From Flavobacteriales bacterium (GTDB taxonomy: Bacteria > Bacteroidota > Bacteroidia > M30B66), in NCBI GenBank assembly GCA_035388945.1, contig DAOOQW010000003.1:1-40379 (forward strand): a stretch of 40,379 nt of DNA, in the 5' to 3' direction. A program made the translations under genes and the position numbers. Under the pieces are notes generated by a model that made no database searches, was not told where the DNA came from, and was given only the letters and a program-made list of their open reading frames with translations. This document shows positions 16,588 to 25,620 of this stretch, piece by piece (position 1 is the stretch's first letter; each line of letters opens with the position of its first letter).

Positions 16588-19119
16588 CTAATTGAAGTTT
16601 TGTCCTATTATGAAGTGAAATTGGCTTTTAGGCATTCCCGAAAAACCTGGAACTTCATCGAATCGGAATCCATAATCAAGTCCAAGTAATCCAAACATGG
16701 GCAAAAATACACGCACACCAACACCTGCCGAACGTTTGATACTAAAAGGATTGAAATCTTTGAAGTTTGTCCAAGCATTCCCACCTTCTAGAAATCCTAA
16801 AGCAAAAACAGTAGCGGAGGGATTTAATGAAATGGGATATCTCAATTCCATCGTATATCTACTATAAATTGGTGCATCACCTACTCCTCCAGTTGCTCCT
16901 TTTGAAATAGAGCCGTCCTGATAGCCACGTAATCCAACGATTTCAGCACCTAAGAATTGTGCTCCCCAAGTCAATCCACTTAAACCTGTTCCTCCGTATC
17001 GGAAGCGCTCGAATGGTGACAAGCCTTTGTTCTGATTATATAAGCCAACAAAACCAAAGTTTGCACGAGTCATTAATACTAATGTATTCTTATTTCGAGA
17101 AAGCGGCGTAAACCACTGAGCATCAAACTTCCATTTGTGGAACTCAACCCATTTATATCGTTGTTCGAGCGTTACTAACTCACTAGCAGGAGTATTATTA
17201 ATAACCGAATATGGTGGAGTGAATTGTATAGATAGGCTGATGTTAGAGCCCGATTTTGGATAAATAGGTCCATCAATCGAGTTTCTAGATAAAGTGGTTG
17301 TGAAACTTAAGTTATTAGCAAACCCATTAGCTAGTTCAAATGCAGTTGAATTGACTAATTCATAGTATTGGAAACTAACCGATTGCTGCAAAGTGAAAAA
17401 GTCATCAGGCCAACGTAATCTTCTACCATACCCAAGGATGATACCTGTATTTTTAGTAAGACTACGAGTTGGATCATTCTTAGCTGCACCATTTCCATAA
17501 ATTGAATGATAGGCAGTAATTGTTAAAGAATTAGGTTTTTTTCCACCTAACCAAGGCTCTGTAAAAGACAAATTATAACTCTGGAATGCACGACCTGTAG
17601 AAGAAGCATTTAAAGATAAGCGTTGACCATCACCAGAAGGTAAAGGACGCCAAGCATCTTTCTTGAAGAATCTTCTTGCACTAAAATTATTGAAAGCAAG
17701 ACCAAGGTTTCCAATTAATCTTCCTGCACCCCATCCTCCAGAAAGCTGTAATTGGTCGGAAGGTTTTTCCTCGACTTTGTATTCAATATCAACGGTTCCA
17801 TCTTGCGGATTTGGAACAGGATTAACGCCCATTTTTTCAGGATCGAAATATCCTAGTTGAGATAACTCACGTTGGGTACGAATAATATCAGAACGTCGAA
17901 ATAATTGCCCAGGTCGAGTTCTAATTTCTCGCATTACTACATGGTCATTCGTTTTATCATTTCCAGTTACTGTTACACGATTTATTCGGGCTTGTTTTCC
18001 TTCATAAATACGCATCTCAATATCGACCGAATCATTGTCGACAAAGGTTTCTACGGGAGTTACTTGGAAAAATAAATGCCCATCATTCATGTATAAAGAA
18101 GAGACATCCGATTCAGATGCATTCATGAAAAGATTTTGCTCCAAAGTAGCTTGGTTGTATATCTCCCCTTTTTTAATTCCTAAAATATCACTGAGTTGTT
18201 TGGATGTGTATTTGACATTACCAACCCAATTGATATTTCTGAAAAAATATTGACGCCCTTCATCAATTTGAATATCAATATTGATGTGTTTTGCATCGTA
18301 ACGATAAACGGTGTCTTTTACAATGCGAGCATCTTTGAAACCTTTATCAAAGTAAACAGCTAGAATTTTCGATTTGTCTTCTACATAGTTGTCTTCCATG
18401 TATTTAGACGTTGTAAACAAACTATACCAAGGATTTTCTTTGGTATTTTTCATTTTCTTTTTCAGCTTTCTATCAGTCACGAATTGATTGCCATTAATGT
18501 TTATTTGATGAATCTTAACTCGTTTGTTCTTATTCACCAAAATATTCATCATAACTCCACCACCTGGTATTGTATCGTTGGTTGTATTTACATCAACAGC
18601 AACATTCATATACCCTTTATCAATAAAGAATTCCCGAACAGTATTTCGAGTATTCACCATCAAATTTTCATTAACTGGCTTTCCTCGAATGAGCTTAATC
18701 TGCTCACGTAAATCGTCAGCTTCATTCTTTTTTACACCCACAAAACGGAATCTAGATAGTCGAGGTCTTTCTTCTAGTAGAATAATCAAAGAGATTTTAT
18801 CCCCTTCTATTTTAGCAGTTTTAACTTCAATTCCAGTAAAAAGCCCTTGTTTCCATAGTGCTTCAATTGCACTACTAATCCGATCACCCGGAATCATAAT
18901 CTTATCACCTTTATTCAAGCCGGATAATAAGCGCAGTATATTCTGGTCAAGATTACTGTTGTCCTTTGTTTTAAAGGATATATCAGCAATCTCATATTCT
19001 TTAGGGGCGCTATAACTTATGCCAATAGGGTTATTGTCGGGAATAACCTGAGCAAACACAATTTGCTGAGAAGTGAGAAAACAGAAAAGGAGAAATAATC
19101 GGAAATAAAGACGCGTCAT
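16588..19119 (-). CDS. bamA: Outer membrane protein assembly factor BamA
   Basis: About 843 aa from the ATG at 19119. Signal peptide MTRLYFRLFLLFCFLTSQQIVFA|Q. POTRA-like repeats precede a C-terminal Omp85 barrel ending ...FHFIIGQNFN. Its ATG overlaps the uppS stop (ATGA at 19116-19119). Confidence 0.93.
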   Translation of the reverse strand: MTRLYFRLFLLFCFLTSQQIVFAQVIPDNNPIGISYSAPKEYEIADISFKTKDNSNLDQNILRLLSGLNKGDKIMIPGDRISSAIEALWKQGLFTGIEVKTAKIEGDKISLIILLEERPRLSRFRFVGVKKNEADDLREQIKLIRGKPVNENLMVNTRNTVREFFIDKGYMNVAVDVNTTNDTIPGGGVMMNILVNKNKRVKIHQININGNQFVTDRKLKKKMKNTKENPWYSLFTTSKYMEDNYVEDKSKILAVYFDKGFKDARIVKDTVYRYDAKHINIDIQIDEGRQYFFRNINWVGNVKYTSKQLSDILGIKKGEIYNQATLEQNLFMNASESDVSSLYMNDGHLFFQVTPVETFVDNDSVDIEMRIYEGKQARINRVTVTGNDKTNDHVVMREIRTRPGQLFRRSDIIRTQRELSQLGYFDPEKMGVNPVPNPQDGTVDIEYKVEEKPSDQLQLSGGWGAGRLIGNLGLAFNNFSARRFFKKDAWRPLPSGDGQRLSLNASSTGRAFQSYNLSFTEPWLGGKKPNSLTITAYHSIYGNGAAKNDPTRSLTKNTGIILGYGRRLRWPDDFFTLQQSVSFQYYELVNSTAFELANGFANNLSFTTTLSRNSIDGPIYPKSGSNISLSIQFTPPYSVINNTPASELVTLEQRYKWVEFHKWKFDAQWFTPLSRNKNTLVLMTRANFGFVGLYNQNKGLSPFERFRYGGTGLSGLTWGAQFLGAEIVGLRGYQDGSISKGATGGVGDAPIYSRYTMELRYPISLNPSATVFALGFLEGGNAWTNFKDFNPFSIKRSAGVGVRVFLPMFGLLGLDYGFRFDEVPGFSGMPKSQFHFIIGQNFN

Positions 19120-19880
19120 GATGGGGTATTCAATTGTTCGCTTGTTTTGCCAAAGCGGCGTTCCCTTTGTTGATAGCTGACAATGGCTGCATAGAGGTCT
19201 TCTTTTCTGAAATCTGGCCATAGCTTATCCGTAAAATACAATTCAGCATAAGAGATTTGCCAGAGTAAAAAGTTACTAATGCGGTGTTCTCCTGATGTAC
19301 GAATCAGCAATTCTGGATCAGGCATTCCAGAAGTATTTAGGTAATTAGCAATAAGTTTCTCTGAAATATCTTCCGTTTTTATTTTTCCAATTTGAACATC
19401 GGAAGTAATTTGTTTTACAGCTTGGGTAATTTCCCATCTTGAACTATAGCTAAGTGCTAATACAAGTGTCATTCGAGAATTACCAGCTGTTTTCTTTTTA
19501 GCTTCTTCGAGTTCCCGACGACATTTTCCCGGTAAGGAGTCAATATCACCAATAGATTCGAGTCGAATATTGTTCTTCATCAATGTGGCTGTTTCCTTAC
19601 TGATTGTGCTAACCAATAAAGTCATCAAAGCATTGATTTCATATTTAGGACGATTCCAATTCTCGGTTGAAAATGCATACATAGTTAAGTATGAAATACC
19701 TAACTCGGCACATGCTTCCACAGTTTCGCGAACTGCTTTCACACCATTTTCGTGACCAAATGTTCTGAGTTTACCTTGCATTTTTGCCCAACGGCCATTT
19801 CCGTCCATGATAACGGCAATATGGCTTGGTAACGTATGCAGATTGATATCTTCTTTATTCACTTTCTTTGCTTGGGCCAT
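19116..19880 (-). CDS. uppS: Isoprenyl transferase (undecaprenyl-diphosphate synthase)
   Basis: Motifs HIAVIMDGNGRWA and LIRTSGEHRISNFLLWQISYAELYF. I prefer the ATG at 19880 over the TTG at 19907. Confidence 0.95.
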   Translation of the reverse strand: MAQAKKVNKEDINLHTLPSHIAVIMDGNGRWAKMQGKLRTFGHENGVKAVRETVEACAELGISYLTMYAFSTENWNRPKYEINALMTLLVSTISKETATLMKNNIRLESIGDIDSLPGKCRRELEEAKKKTAGNSRMTLVLALSYSSRWEITQAVKQITSDVQIGKIKTEDISEKLIANYLNTSGMPDPELLIRTSGEHRISNFLLWQISYAELYFTDKLWPDFRKEDLYAAIVSYQQRERRFGKTSEQLNTPS

Positions 19881-19917
19881 ATGATTGCATACAGCATTAA
19901 CGCGCAAAGATAATGGA

Positions 19918-20754
19918 TTACTTATATGCCGCGCATTCGGCTTTTCGAGGGACTATTTTATAAGTAATTGTCAGTCCAGCAAACGAGTACCAATCTTTAT
20001 TCGTTGAATTTCCTCGTTGTCGTCCAGCATTAATTTTACCGGGATTGACAAGAGATCTATCTGCAAGCAAGGCAGCTAATTCACCATGAGTAGCAAAAAG
20101 TACATCTGGATCAGCGTAAGTTGTACTTACATCGTCTAAGTAATCGGTGAACGTTTTACGTAATCCCCACTCTAAGCTAAATCCTAAACGACCAAACGCA
20201 TGAAATTTAACGCCAAATCCAAATGGAATATTGGCACCCATGAGTGAGTATTGTTTACGATCGGCATAAACAGGAGAACCTTGTCCTTCGGTACCAAGTG
20301 GTTGAAGAGCAATCCATTCTCCTTGAAAATCAGCTTTAGGATTGAAGCGGAAAAGACCTAACCCACCAAAAATATATGGAGTTGCTGGAGTTTCGGGATT
20401 TCCAATTTCGTAATTAAAAAAGTTAAAGTGGAGTAATCCAGCAAATTCAATGATTTGAGAACGAAACGAAAGATTTCTCAAAATTTGATTGTCTTCCCCA
20501 GAACGAGCATCTTCAGCCTGAACACTGCCATATAAACCATGAATTTCCCAAGCAAAGCGACGACTAGTATTATATCGGTATACTAATCCACCACCAGGAC
20601 GAACCATAAAAAATTGCTTTCCGGGATTTAATTCACCCATGTAATAGGAAACTCCACCAAAAAGCCCAAGTTCAGAATATCTATTAAATACCTGAGAATT
20701 AGCAGAAAACGAAGTTGCTAATCCAATTAAACTTAGAAAAATCCATTTACGCAT
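19918..20754 (-). CDS. Putative outer-membrane beta-barrel protein (DUF6089-like), paralog A
   Basis: Signal peptide MRKWIFLSLIGLATSFSANS|Q. It shares RNLSFRS, FNPKA, ALQPLGTEGQG and TDYLDDVSTTY with the next gene. The strand pattern alternates between hydrophobic and polar residues. Confidence 0.7.
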   Translation of the reverse strand: MRKWIFLSLIGLATSFSANSQVFNRYSELGLFGGVSYYMGELNPGKQFFMVRPGGGLVYRYNTSRRFAWEIHGLYGSVQAEDARSGEDNQILRNLSFRSQIIEFAGLLHFNFFNYEIGNPETPATPYIFGGLGLFRFNPKADFQGEWIALQPLGTEGQGSPVYADRKQYSLMGANIPFGFGVKFHAFGRLGFSLEWGLRKTFTDYLDDVSTTYADPDVLFATHGELAALLADRSLVNPGKINAGRQRGNSTNKDWYSFAGLTITYKIVPRKAECAAYK

Positions 20755-20787
20755 ACATAGAGGTATACAGAGAATAACGTAAATGAG

Positions 20788-21714
20788 TTACCGGAATTTT
20801 GGAAGGATTGATTTTCCTGATTTCAGTCGGTAAGTCATGGTTACAATTCCAAACATGTAGGCATCGCGATCTGTTGGATCTCCACGTTGTTGACCAGTTG
20901 CAGCCGATCCTTTAATAAAATCGGGTGAGAACGGGTTTGCTCTGTTAGATAATGCAGCAGCAACAGGACCGTTTTTATCGGCAATTAATGTTGGAGAGAA
21001 ATAAGTTGTACTTACGTCATCAAGATAATCGGTAGTTGTGATACGCATTCCATATTCAAAACCGATTGTCCATCTTTTATCTTGCATTGGAACACGGAAA
21101 CCGAATCCAATTGGGAAACACATTTGAAAGCGTTTGTAAGGAGCACGAGATGCAGCAATCCCTTGTCCTTCGGTGCCTAGTGGCTGAAGTGCCCACCAAC
21201 GACCTCCGAGGAGTGCTTTAGGATTAAAGTAAAAACCTCCAACGCCAGCAAACAAGTATACGTTCAAGTCAATTCCACTTTTTCCTCTTACCCCTTGAAG
21301 TCTATAGATACTTTTAGATGACTTCAACTGTACAATTGATAGCTCAACTTGCAAGGATGATTCAAAAATTGGAGAACGAAAACTCAAGTTTCTGTTTCTA
21401 CGGAACTCTTCACGTGTTAAGCTATCTCTACCTGCAACACGTCCATAATTCAAATTAAATTTGAAAGAGAGAACAGGATTTTTACGATAACGAAAACCTA
21501 AGTGAACTGCAGGACGAGTAAGGATCATTTCCAAATCCTTTATCCCATTAGTACCAAATTGGTCGGCACCACCAAGTTCTCCTAAGAAGTTAGTAAACCC
21601 GATACCGTATGTGCTTTCGCAACGATCGAGAAAACGTCCTTTTCCTTTTCGCTGAGCTTGAGCAGAAATCGAAATGAAAAGCAGTAAAACGGTAAGGATG
21701 GATAGCTTACGCAT
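20788..21714 (-). CDS. Putative outer-membrane beta-barrel protein (DUF6089-like), paralog B
   Basis: Signal peptide MRKLSILTVLLLFISISAQA|Q. It has the same conserved blocks as paralog A (RNLSFRS, FNPKA, ALQPLGTEGQG, TDYLDDVSTTY). Confidence 0.7.
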   Translation of the reverse strand: MRKLSILTVLLLFISISAQAQRKGKGRFLDRCESTYGIGFTNFLGELGGADQFGTNGIKDLEMILTRPAVHLGFRYRKNPVLSFKFNLNYGRVAGRDSLTREEFRRNRNLSFRSPIFESSLQVELSIVQLKSSKSIYRLQGVRGKSGIDLNVYLFAGVGGFYFNPKALLGGRWWALQPLGTEGQGIAASRAPYKRFQMCFPIGFGFRVPMQDKRWTIGFEYGMRITTTDYLDDVSTTYFSPTLIADKNGPVAAALSNRANPFSPDFIKGSAATGQQRGDPTDRDAYMFGIVTMTYRLKSGKSILPKFR

Positions 21715-21740
21715 TGGATTAGTGTTATTGGCAATTAGGG

Positions 21741-21748
21741 CAAATATA
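21741..21748 (-). promoter_or_regulatory. Candidate -7 promoter box TATATTTG for the envelope operon
   Basis: Exact TAnnTTTG on the minus strand, 27 nt upstream of the ATG at 21714. Confidence 0.45.
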
Positions 21749-21806
21749 CCAAAATTGAAATGCTATTAGTACGAAGAAATGAAAACCTTTTTGAGTATGG
21801 TAATTA

Positions 21807-22685
21807 TTAATTTCTTCGATCGATTCCCCACATGAGTTTTTCTCTCAATGTTTTTAAAAATGGTTGTTCTGGTTTGCGTGCTAATCGAATTGAAAAAGGT
21901 GCTTTATTGATAGTTATTTCTGTTTTCGCTGGAATTGATGCAGAACGTGAATCGAGCGCTAATAGGAAATTTTTTCCACGAACTTCCACATCAATTGATA
22001 AGCTGTGTTCATCTGTAATAACTAATGGCCTAACATTAAGATTATGAGGAGCAATAGGAGTGATTACAAAACTGGGTGATTCGGGCATTAATATAGGACC
22101 ACCACAACTTAATGAATATCCTGTAGATCCAGTAGGAGAAGCTACGATCAATCCATCTGCCCAGTATGAATTCAAGTGTTCTCCATTTAATCGGGCATGA
22201 ACAGTAATCATAGTAGAACTCTCTTTCTTATGAAGAGTAATATCATTCAAGGCATAAGGGAAATCCGCAAAGGGGCCACCATTCATTTTTAGTTGAAGAA
22301 CAGAGCGTTTTTCAAGCAAATAATTCTGGTTTAAAGCTGCTTCAACAGCCTTGGCAATTTCATCTTGAGAATAGCCGGTAAGAAATCCTAATCTACCAGT
22401 ATTGATACCGACAAGAGGTATTTCGGTGTTTCTAATTAATGTTACTGATTCGAGTAATGTTCCATCGCCACCGATAGTAATCATGCAGGATGTTCGATTA
22501 TCTAAATCGTCTTGATTCTTAAACCGTGAAAAATTAGCACCTATTGGCATTAAACTTTGAGATGCTTTGAAAAAAGGCTCGAGTATTTGAACTTGAACAC
22601 CTGATTGATGCAACAGAAAATATAATTCCTTAATAACAGGAGCTCTGCTTTCGGTAAATGAACGGCCAAAAACGGCTATTTGCAT
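21807..22685 (-). CDS. nadK: NAD(+) kinase
   Basis: Motifs ITIGGDGTLLES, GINTGRLGFL and ADGLIVASPTGSTGYSLSCGGP. Length is 292 aa. Confidence 0.94.
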   Translation of the reverse strand: MQIAVFGRSFTESRAPVIKELYFLLHQSGVQVQILEPFFKASQSLMPIGANFSRFKNQDDLDNRTSCMITIGGDGTLLESVTLIRNTEIPLVGINTGRLGFLTGYSQDEIAKAVEAALNQNYLLEKRSVLQLKMNGGPFADFPYALNDITLHKKESSTMITVHARLNGEHLNSYWADGLIVASPTGSTGYSLSCGGPILMPESPSFVITPIAPHNLNVRPLVITDEHSLSIDVEVRGKNFLLALDSRSASIPAKTEITINKAPFSIRLARKPEQPFLKTLREKLMWGIDRRN

Positions 22686-22759
22686 TTTGCTTAATTGAAT
22701 AAAGCGAATGTAGGTATCCTAATTCGAAAAGAATGACAAAACGAATTAGAAAATTGAAA

Positions 22760-23422
22760 TTACATGTTGATGTAATTCATAAACAAGTCGAACCTGTTTC
22801 TAAGATCTTCCGAAAACTCTGTTTGCTGGAAAGTCGCTTTAACGGTAATGTTGTAGCGAGCAAAGGAAGCAAGAATACCACGAATGTCTTCGCGATTCAC
22901 TTTTATGGTTAACTCAATTTGAGTAGAATCTGGATTATTGCTAACAGAAAGACTTAGAATCTTCGTGTCGTTTTCCTCTACAATTCGAGCAATCTGAGAT
23001 AAAGAATAGTCGTTTTGATTGAGTTCAAGAACGATAATCCCACCTGGATTTTGTACAGAAACAGTAGCTGCAAATTTTTCTACCAAAGAACGCAGACTAA
23101 TATTTCCGAGGTATTTGTTTTCGGCATCCAAAACAGGAATCAGAGTTAAATGCATGCGTGCAGCTAACTTCAACACTTCATAGATGTGCTCCGATTCGTA
23201 AACAAAAGGGCGAATAAGCGAAAGTGGATGGTTTCCAAGAGCTTCCTCAGGAGCATTAAGGTCAAGGATATCAGTATCCGAGATCAATCCTAAGAATTCC
23301 GAATTATTGACAATAGGCAAATGTGCTACACGGAACTCATCCATCCAATGAAGCGCTTTAATGCCACTGTCGGATGTTTTAAGTGGAGGAATAGTATCTG
23401 ATATTAGATCCTGTGCAAGCAT
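22760..23422 (-). CDS. CBS domain pair protein with a C-terminal regulatory-like domain
   Basis: Two CBS-like units (HLPIVNNSEFLGLISDTDIL and LIPVLDAENKYLGNISLRSLV). The C-terminal roughly 90 aa is of unknown type. Confidence 0.8.
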   Translation of the reverse strand: MLAQDLISDTIPPLKTSDSGIKALHWMDEFRVAHLPIVNNSEFLGLISDTDILDLNAPEEALGNHPLSLIRPFVYESEHIYEVLKLAARMHLTLIPVLDAENKYLGNISLRSLVEKFAATVSVQNPGGIIVLELNQNDYSLSQIARIVEENDTKILSLSVSNNPDSTQIELTIKVNREDIRGILASFARYNITVKATFQQTEFSEDLRNRFDLFMNYINM

Positions 23423-23535
23423 GAATGGAAACTAAATCTTGTTGTTTTGAAAACGTTTGTAGTTGAAAATTGTTTCACCTTGACGGCAAACGTAGCGAAT
23501 AGAAATATCTTCTCCAACGTGCAACAGGTGTTTCG

Positions 23536-23543
23536 TAGATTTG
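23536..23543 (+). promoter_or_regulatory. Candidate -7 promoter box TAGATTTG for pdxJ
   Basis: Exact TAnnTTTG, 17 nt before the pdxJ ATG (23561), within the divergent intergenic region. Confidence 0.45.
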
Positions 23544-23560
23544 CCCCTAAATAATAACAC

Positions 23561-24283
23561 ATGACTCTACTAAGTGTTAACATCAATAAGATTGCGCTTT
23601 TAAGGAATTCGAGAGGTTCAAATTATCCCAATGTTGCTGATACAGCTTTAAATTTGGAACGTTTCGGAGCTCAAGGAATTACGATACATCCTAGGCCAGA
23701 TCAACGGCATGCAACATACGAGGATGTTTTTACACTTAAGCCGATTCTAAAAACAGAATTTAATGTGGAAGGTTATCCTTCTCGTACTTTTCTGGATGTG
23801 GTATTAAAGGCAAAGCCACATCAAGTTACACTAGTCCCTGACCCTCCAGATGCTTTGACTTCAAACGCCGGTTGGGACACGATTAAAGAATTTTCTTTTT
23901 TGCAAGAAGTTGTGACAGAATTACATCAGCAAGGCATTCGAGTTTCCCTATTCATGGATACGAATCTCGATTTATACGATCAAGCTGCTAAAACAGGAAC
24001 AGACCGAATAGAATTGTATACCGAAGCATATGCGAGACATTATTCTTCAGCACCAGAGCAAGCGATCGAACCCTATATAAAAGCTGCATTAAGAGCAAAA
24101 CAATTAGGATTAGGATTGAATGCTGGACATGATTTGAATAGCCAAAATCTAAAATACTTTGCCCAACACATTCCAGATTTATTGGAGGTATCAATCGGTC
24201 ACGCCTTAATTTCTGAAGCACTTTATTTAGGATTAGAAAATACAGTTCAAATTTATCTTCGCCAGCTACATGAAGCTATTTGA
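23561..24283 (+). CDS. pdxJ: Pyridoxine 5'-phosphate synthase
   Basis: LSVNINKIALLRNSRG matches the PdxJ N-terminal motif. HPRPDQRH and NAGHDLN are also present. Length is 240 aa. Confidence 0.94.
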   Translation: MTLLSVNINKIALLRNSRGSNYPNVADTALNLERFGAQGITIHPRPDQRHATYEDVFTLKPILKTEFNVEGYPSRTFLDVVLKAKPHQVTLVPDPPDALTSNAGWDTIKEFSFLQEVVTELHQQGIRVSLFMDTNLDLYDQAAKTGTDRIELYTEAYARHYSSAPEQAIEPYIKAALRAKQLGLGLNAGHDLNSQNLKYFAQHIPDLLEVSIGHALISEALYLGLENTVQIYLRQLHEAI

Positions 24284-25040
24284 GCGACATTTCGGAACAG
24301 GAGAAACGGTAGTTATTCTTCATGGATTGTTTGGACAAAGTGATAATTGGACCAGCATAGCAAGAAAACTAGGAGAGAAATATTGTGTATACACGTTTGA
24401 TTTAAGGAATCATGGACAGTCGGGGCATTCAGATGAAATGAATTACCGTGTCATGGCATCTGATGTATTAGAAACGATTGATGGTTTAGGCTTGGATAAA
24501 ATTCATTTGATTGGACATAGCATGGGAGGAAAAGTGGCGATGCTGTTTGGCTTAACCTACCCAGAAAGGTTGAATTCATTGGTCATAGCTGATATTGGAC
24601 CTCGATATTATAAACCACATCACAGTGATATAATAACTGGACTATCAAATATTGATTTGTCGAGTTTAAAATCGAGACAAGAAGCAGAGAATCAAGTACT
24701 GGATTTCATTCCCGACTTCGGAACACGACAATTTTTATTGAAGAATTTATATCGCTTGGGAGAAAATCAATTTGCTTGGCGATTTAACTTACCAGTTATC
24801 AGTAGAACTATTGAAAATATTGGCGAGGCAATAGATTCGGGACTTTGTCAAATAGCTACTTTATTTTATCGTGGTTCAACAAGCTCTTATATAAAACCCG
24901 AAGATATTCCTGCTATTTTAAATCAATTCCCACATGCTCAATTTGAAGTAATGCAGGATGCAGGGCATTGGCTGCATGCAGAAAAACCAGTAGAATTTAT
25001 TGAAACGATTGAGAACTGGATTTCGTCCCAATCCACATGA
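24270..25040 (+). CDS. Alpha/beta-fold hydrolase (YbfF-like esterase)
   Basis: Nucleophile elbow GHSMGG, HGLFG oxyanion region and C-terminal DAGHWLH. It overlaps the pdxJ 3' end by 14 nt. Confidence 0.85.
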   Translation: MKLFERHFGTGETVVILHGLFGQSDNWTSIARKLGEKYCVYTFDLRNHGQSGHSDEMNYRVMASDVLETIDGLGLDKIHLIGHSMGGKVAMLFGLTYPERLNSLVIADIGPRYYKPHHSDIITGLSNIDLSSLKSRQEAENQVLDFIPDFGTRQFLLKNLYRLGENQFAWRFNLPVISRTIENIGEAIDSGLCQIATLFYRGSTSSYIKPEDIPAILNQFPHAQFEVMQDAGHWLHAEKPVEFIETIENWISSQST

Positions 25041-25182
25041 ATTAAGCTCTAGTTTCCAACCTCATATTTAAGTCGATAAAGTTACATATTTGTAAATAAA
25101 AGTACATTTTGCCAAATAATTAATGGCAATTAAGTGAACAATTTTTCGAATTTTCATTTTCCCTTACATAATATTTTGCAAA

Positions 25183-25194
25183 TTTGAATTCAAA
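25183..25194. promoter_or_regulatory. Perfect 12-bp palindrome TTTGAATTCAAA (operator candidate) upstream of the HTH gene
   Basis: Self-complementary 12-mer, 27 nt before the ATG at 25221 and just downstream of a -7-like TATTTTG (25172-25178). Confidence 0.3.
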
Positions 25195-25220
25195 CTTTAT
25201 TTAACTGATTATTTACTGAT

Positions 25221-25583
25221 ATGATTCACATTGGGGAAGAAATACACGCGCAGCTGAAAAGCAAGCGAATGAAAGTTGTCGAGTTTTCGAGACAAATTAA
25301 TACGAATAGAAATAATGTTTATGATATTTTCACCCGGCAGAGTATAGATTCTGGCTTATTATGTAAAATATCGGAAGCATTAGAATTTGATTTCTTTCGC
25401 TTGTATAGTTTGCCTTTATCTCAAAATAAAAACATTCAACAAATACCAGATCCACAAGAAAAATTGAAAGAAATAGAGGATATTAAATTTCAAAACGAGA
25501 AGCTATTAAAAGAGAATACAATCTTAAAAGAGCGAATAAAGGATAAGGATTTAATAATAGAGCTTCTCAGATCATCGTTATAA
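25221..25583 (+). CDS. Small XRE-like helix-turn-helix protein with a C-terminal coiled coil
   Basis: The N-terminus IGEEIHAQLKSKRMKVVEFSRQINTNRNNVYDIFTRQSIDSGLLCKISEALEFD resembles an HTH_3-type fold. The C-terminus is a heptad-like region rich in K, E and L (KLKEIEDIKFQNEKLLKENTILKERIKDKDL). An AT-rich 180-nt region lies upstream. Confidence 0.65.
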   Translation: MIHIGEEIHAQLKSKRMKVVEFSRQINTNRNNVYDIFTRQSIDSGLLCKISEALEFDFFRLYSLPLSQNKNIQQIPDPQEKLKEIEDIKFQNEKLLKENTILKERIKDKDLIIELLRSSL

Positions 25584-25608
25584 TCGTTTGCGCTGCAACA
25601 ATTTCGAT

Positions 25609-25616
25609 TAGTTTTG
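25609..25616 (+). promoter_or_regulatory. Candidate trpS promoter: -7 box TAGTTTTG with -33 TTTG at 25587-25590
   Basis: Exact TAnnTTTG ending 4 nt before the trpS ATG (25621). A TTTG lies 18 nt upstream of the box. Confidence 0.5.
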
Positions 25617-25620
25617 CAGC

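Noticed and set aside
18524-19015. 163-aa plus-strand ORF (and smaller ones at 17663-17860, 18035-18253 and 18484-18711)
   Set aside because: They are entirely antisense to bamA, which has clear homology-type motifs. Long antisense ORFs are common in AT-rich coding DNA.
23404-23586. 60-aa minus-strand ORF spanning the CBS/pdxJ divergent intergenic region
   Set aside because: It overlaps both the pdxJ start and the candidate pdxJ promoter. It has no motif and is most likely spurious.
25124-25139. Sigma-54-like TGGCA element upstream of the HTH gene
   Set aside because: No GC dinucleotide lies at the required +12 spacing (TGGCAATTAAGTGAAC), so it does not fit TGGCAC-N5-TTGC.
25592-25620. Hairpin GCTGCAA...TTGCAGC considered as a terminator for the HTH gene
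   Set aside because: It has a 15-nt loop and no following U-tract. I retained it only as a possible structure occluding the trpS -7 box.
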